A DNA stretch of 64,000 nt from Carcharhinus longimanus (lineage: Eukaryota): positions 70,199,753-70,263,752 of the forward strand of contig JASCQW010000190.1 in NCBI GenBank assembly GCA_030264375.1, written 5' to 3'. The notes beneath the pieces were generated by a model. The model worked only from the letters and a program-made list of their open reading frames with translations, was not told the DNA's origin and did not search any database. This document shows positions 61,152 through 64,000 of the stretch, piece by piece. The position numbers and the translations under genes were made by a program. Positions within the stretch are counted from its first letter, which is position 1, and each line of letters begins with the position of its first letter.

Positions 61152-64000
61152 GTAGGTAGAGCTAAACTCACCAAGCTTCCATTTGTATTGCATCACCTGG
61201 TCTTTACATTTTGGGTTATTATGTCAAACTTCAGTATCATTCTCAGACCAGTACTTCTCCAACAAATTAAATAAGATCTCCTCGAACGTGCAGAATTGAC
61301 ATGCAAATCAGGCTTCTGTATTAATTTGTGTCTAATGAAAGCATTTTAAATTGAGAGATTTCTGGTGTTCCAGCACCATTTCAGTTTTAGCAAACCAGAT
61401 GTGCTTCATAATAGCTTTGCATTGAGCTGTCTTTATGTTTGGAACTGTTACTTAGTTTGGTGCTTAAATCTCTTTGTTTACCATTCTCCTCTTGACTGCC
61501 TTTAATCTTGGTTATTTTATTGAGTTAATCATACTATTCTTTTCAGATTATGTGATTAAACAAATGTGAGACGTCAAACCTGATATTTTAAAAATATTTC
61601 ATGGGATTTGAACGTCATTGGCAAGGCTAGTATTTGTTGGCCATCTCTAATTGCTCTTGAGGAGGTAGTGGTGAGCTGCCTTCTTGAACTGGACAGACTA
61701 TCTATTGTAGATACGCACGCAGTGCTACTGTTTTTCTGGTACCTAGATTGCTAATGAATGACAGTGTTGGACCATTGACCTATCATGATGTGGAAGTGAA
61801 AATTAAAGTTCAAAGGCTGAAGACAAAGTTAGTGCTTAAGTTAGTATGTTTAAATGGACTGCAGGAAATATAGTTTTGCCCTTTGCACAGAATGATTATA
61901 TGTCTCAGATTTATTTCTGGCATAGAATTTTTTAAGTGTTGAGTTCTCCCCCCACCTCCCCCCTGCGGAAGTCATTGAACCTCCTTTGGCTGCACAGGAA
62001 GCTCCAGATTGGAATGGCTTGTCGTGCTTTCTCCTGCAGTGCAGAATCAAATGTAACCAAGAGAGATGATAATTAGCGATGTTCCTTGTGTTGCAGCCAG
62101 TGCTGGATTCCCCCACTGCTGAATGGAATTCATGCTTCTCTTCTGTCTCCACAAGCATTTTATTTGTTAGCTGCATCCTCTCTTTGCACTTTATCCAAAA
62201 CATTTCTTCAGTGAACTGTGTGTAATTTGAAGTTCACATTCCCAAGACTGCAATGGTTCTGAATCTTTGTTAAACTGCAAAACTCCTAACAAACTTGTAT
62301 AACAGCAAAATTGAACATGAATGACACTTGTAGTGTATGACAGTATTGCAGTTTATGTTGAAATTTGATTTATAAACATTTTCCCCAAATTGTAAGTTTT
62401 GAAAGAAAATTGAGAAGTAAACTGAGGATGTTTTCCTTTCATGGAGGGACTGAATATTTTTAACCTGAATGTCAAGTTTAGTGAGCTTTTCTAATCTGGC
62501 CAATGTGGTCAACATCCAAGCTATAAAATACAAATGAAAACATTTCAGGAGTTTGGATCTCTAAGGATATTTGAATATATTACAATACGGTCCCAGTTTG
62601 ACCCCAGACACTGCTCACTGAATTTTTTTTTGCTTGCTGTAAAATTGCTAGTGTCAGATAAACAGCTATTGTACTGTTACTTTTCTGAAAAGTTTGAATG
62701 TTTTCCACTGCTTTTGCATTCTGGGGTTAATTTTTAATCATTGCTTTAATAAGAAGAGGAACCTGTTACTGCAGTAAATTATCCTTTCATTCCTCTTTGA
62801 ATACAAGTTCAACCTGGCTAGTGTGTGAACCTTTTTATGTTTGGCTTAGCAGGTGATCTTGTAGAAACATGTGGATATAAATAGGTTAGAATTACTATTG
62901 CCAACATTACAGAATGAATAATTTACATGGTTGCATGAAGTTCCTCTCTTTTACTATTTAAGAGCAATATTTAAAATTATTAAAAGGATTTGTTATTTTA
63001 AATGGGTTAATATCTACGCTAAAATAGTAGAAGAATGGTGTATAAATGCATTGTGTTCATTGTGGATAGCATTAATTCTAGCCTAATTGTATCTGTTATG
63101 TCAGTGTTGTTTGGTGAATTAAATTGAACTTAGTACGTAGTGCAGAAGAAAGGCTGTCAATTTCTGGTTTTACATCTCTTTAAACTGAGTTATGGACACT
63201 TGCACTCATTCAGTACTAATTGCTCTATCATTGAACATAACTGGTGAGGAAGTTTCATTTGCAAAAAGCAGTGATTATTTCAAACTTTGAGTTGTCAAAC
63301 TGAGCTTAATGGATTGGACATTTTAGCACTGGAAAGCTAGTGAGCTGATAAAAAGTGCTATCAAGTCTTCATATCATGCAGTCATTGGGCTGATCACAGC
63401 GAGGGATTTTAGAAGGCAGCAGAGTAAAAGTTACTTTGCAACCAGAAGAAGAAGTGCTGGAAAATCGTTGACAAAGCGACATCTGGATTCGAAGTATCAG
63501 CTCTTTTCTCTCTTCGTGGATGCTGCCAGACCTGCTGAGATTTTTCCAGCATTTTCTCTTTTGGTTTCAGATTCCAGCATCTGCAGTAATTTGCTTTGAT
63601 CAGGAAGGGATGGCCGCATAACTCCCCGGATTGCGAGGCAGGATGGAGGAGTCCCAAAGCTTACTGCCTGAGGAGGTCGTGCCAGCACTCTGAGGAAGCC
63701 TGATCAACACTGAGAGGGTGCAGGATCCAGTGGGACTTGGAGACACGACTGTTATCTGCACTAGTGCAGGATCTTTTACATTCATGAGTCCCAACGCCAG
63801 CTGATAGGGCTTCTGCACCTCACTCCAGCTGCCCCTGTATCTCAAGGAGGAAGCCAGGTGCCCTCGAGCACATTTATGGGGATGAGACCCTGGTCCGTAA
63901 CCCGGCACATTCCACTGGGAAAGCCCAGGAAGTCCCCGGCACATCTGATTCCCCCCCTTCTCTGACAATCCCATCTCCAGCCTCGTACACCCAGAAGGAT

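Overview
This is eukaryotic, AT-rich vertebrate genomic DNA. It is most likely from a shark or other cartilaginous fish, inferred from HE1/V-SINE-, DeuSINE-, CR1- and Penelope-type repeats. It comes from a draft assembly with 8 N-gaps. The window is the interior of one + strand gene, ribosomal S6 kinase RSK4 (RPS6KA6): 17 internal coding exons (9454-61151) cover the N-terminal AGC kinase domain, the linker and most of the C-terminal CaMK-like domain. The first and last exons were not found in the window. Introns are filled with CR1/L2 LINE pieces, tRNA-derived SINEs, Penelope-type termini, Harbinger elements and a 22-bp minisatellite. Main oddities: (1) one kinase exon lacks its 5' half and is fused to a ~4-kb block that looks foreign; (2) a ~96-bp glycogen phosphorylase fragment that appears spliced sits inside a CR1 LINE; (3) two consecutive GC-AG introns; (4) minimal hammerhead ribozyme cores in Penelope-type inserts; (5) a fossil two-gene Harbinger transposon. 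I do not see a wholly new biological system; these are the leads I can support. Comparisons to human genes and repeat families are from memory, not from a database search.
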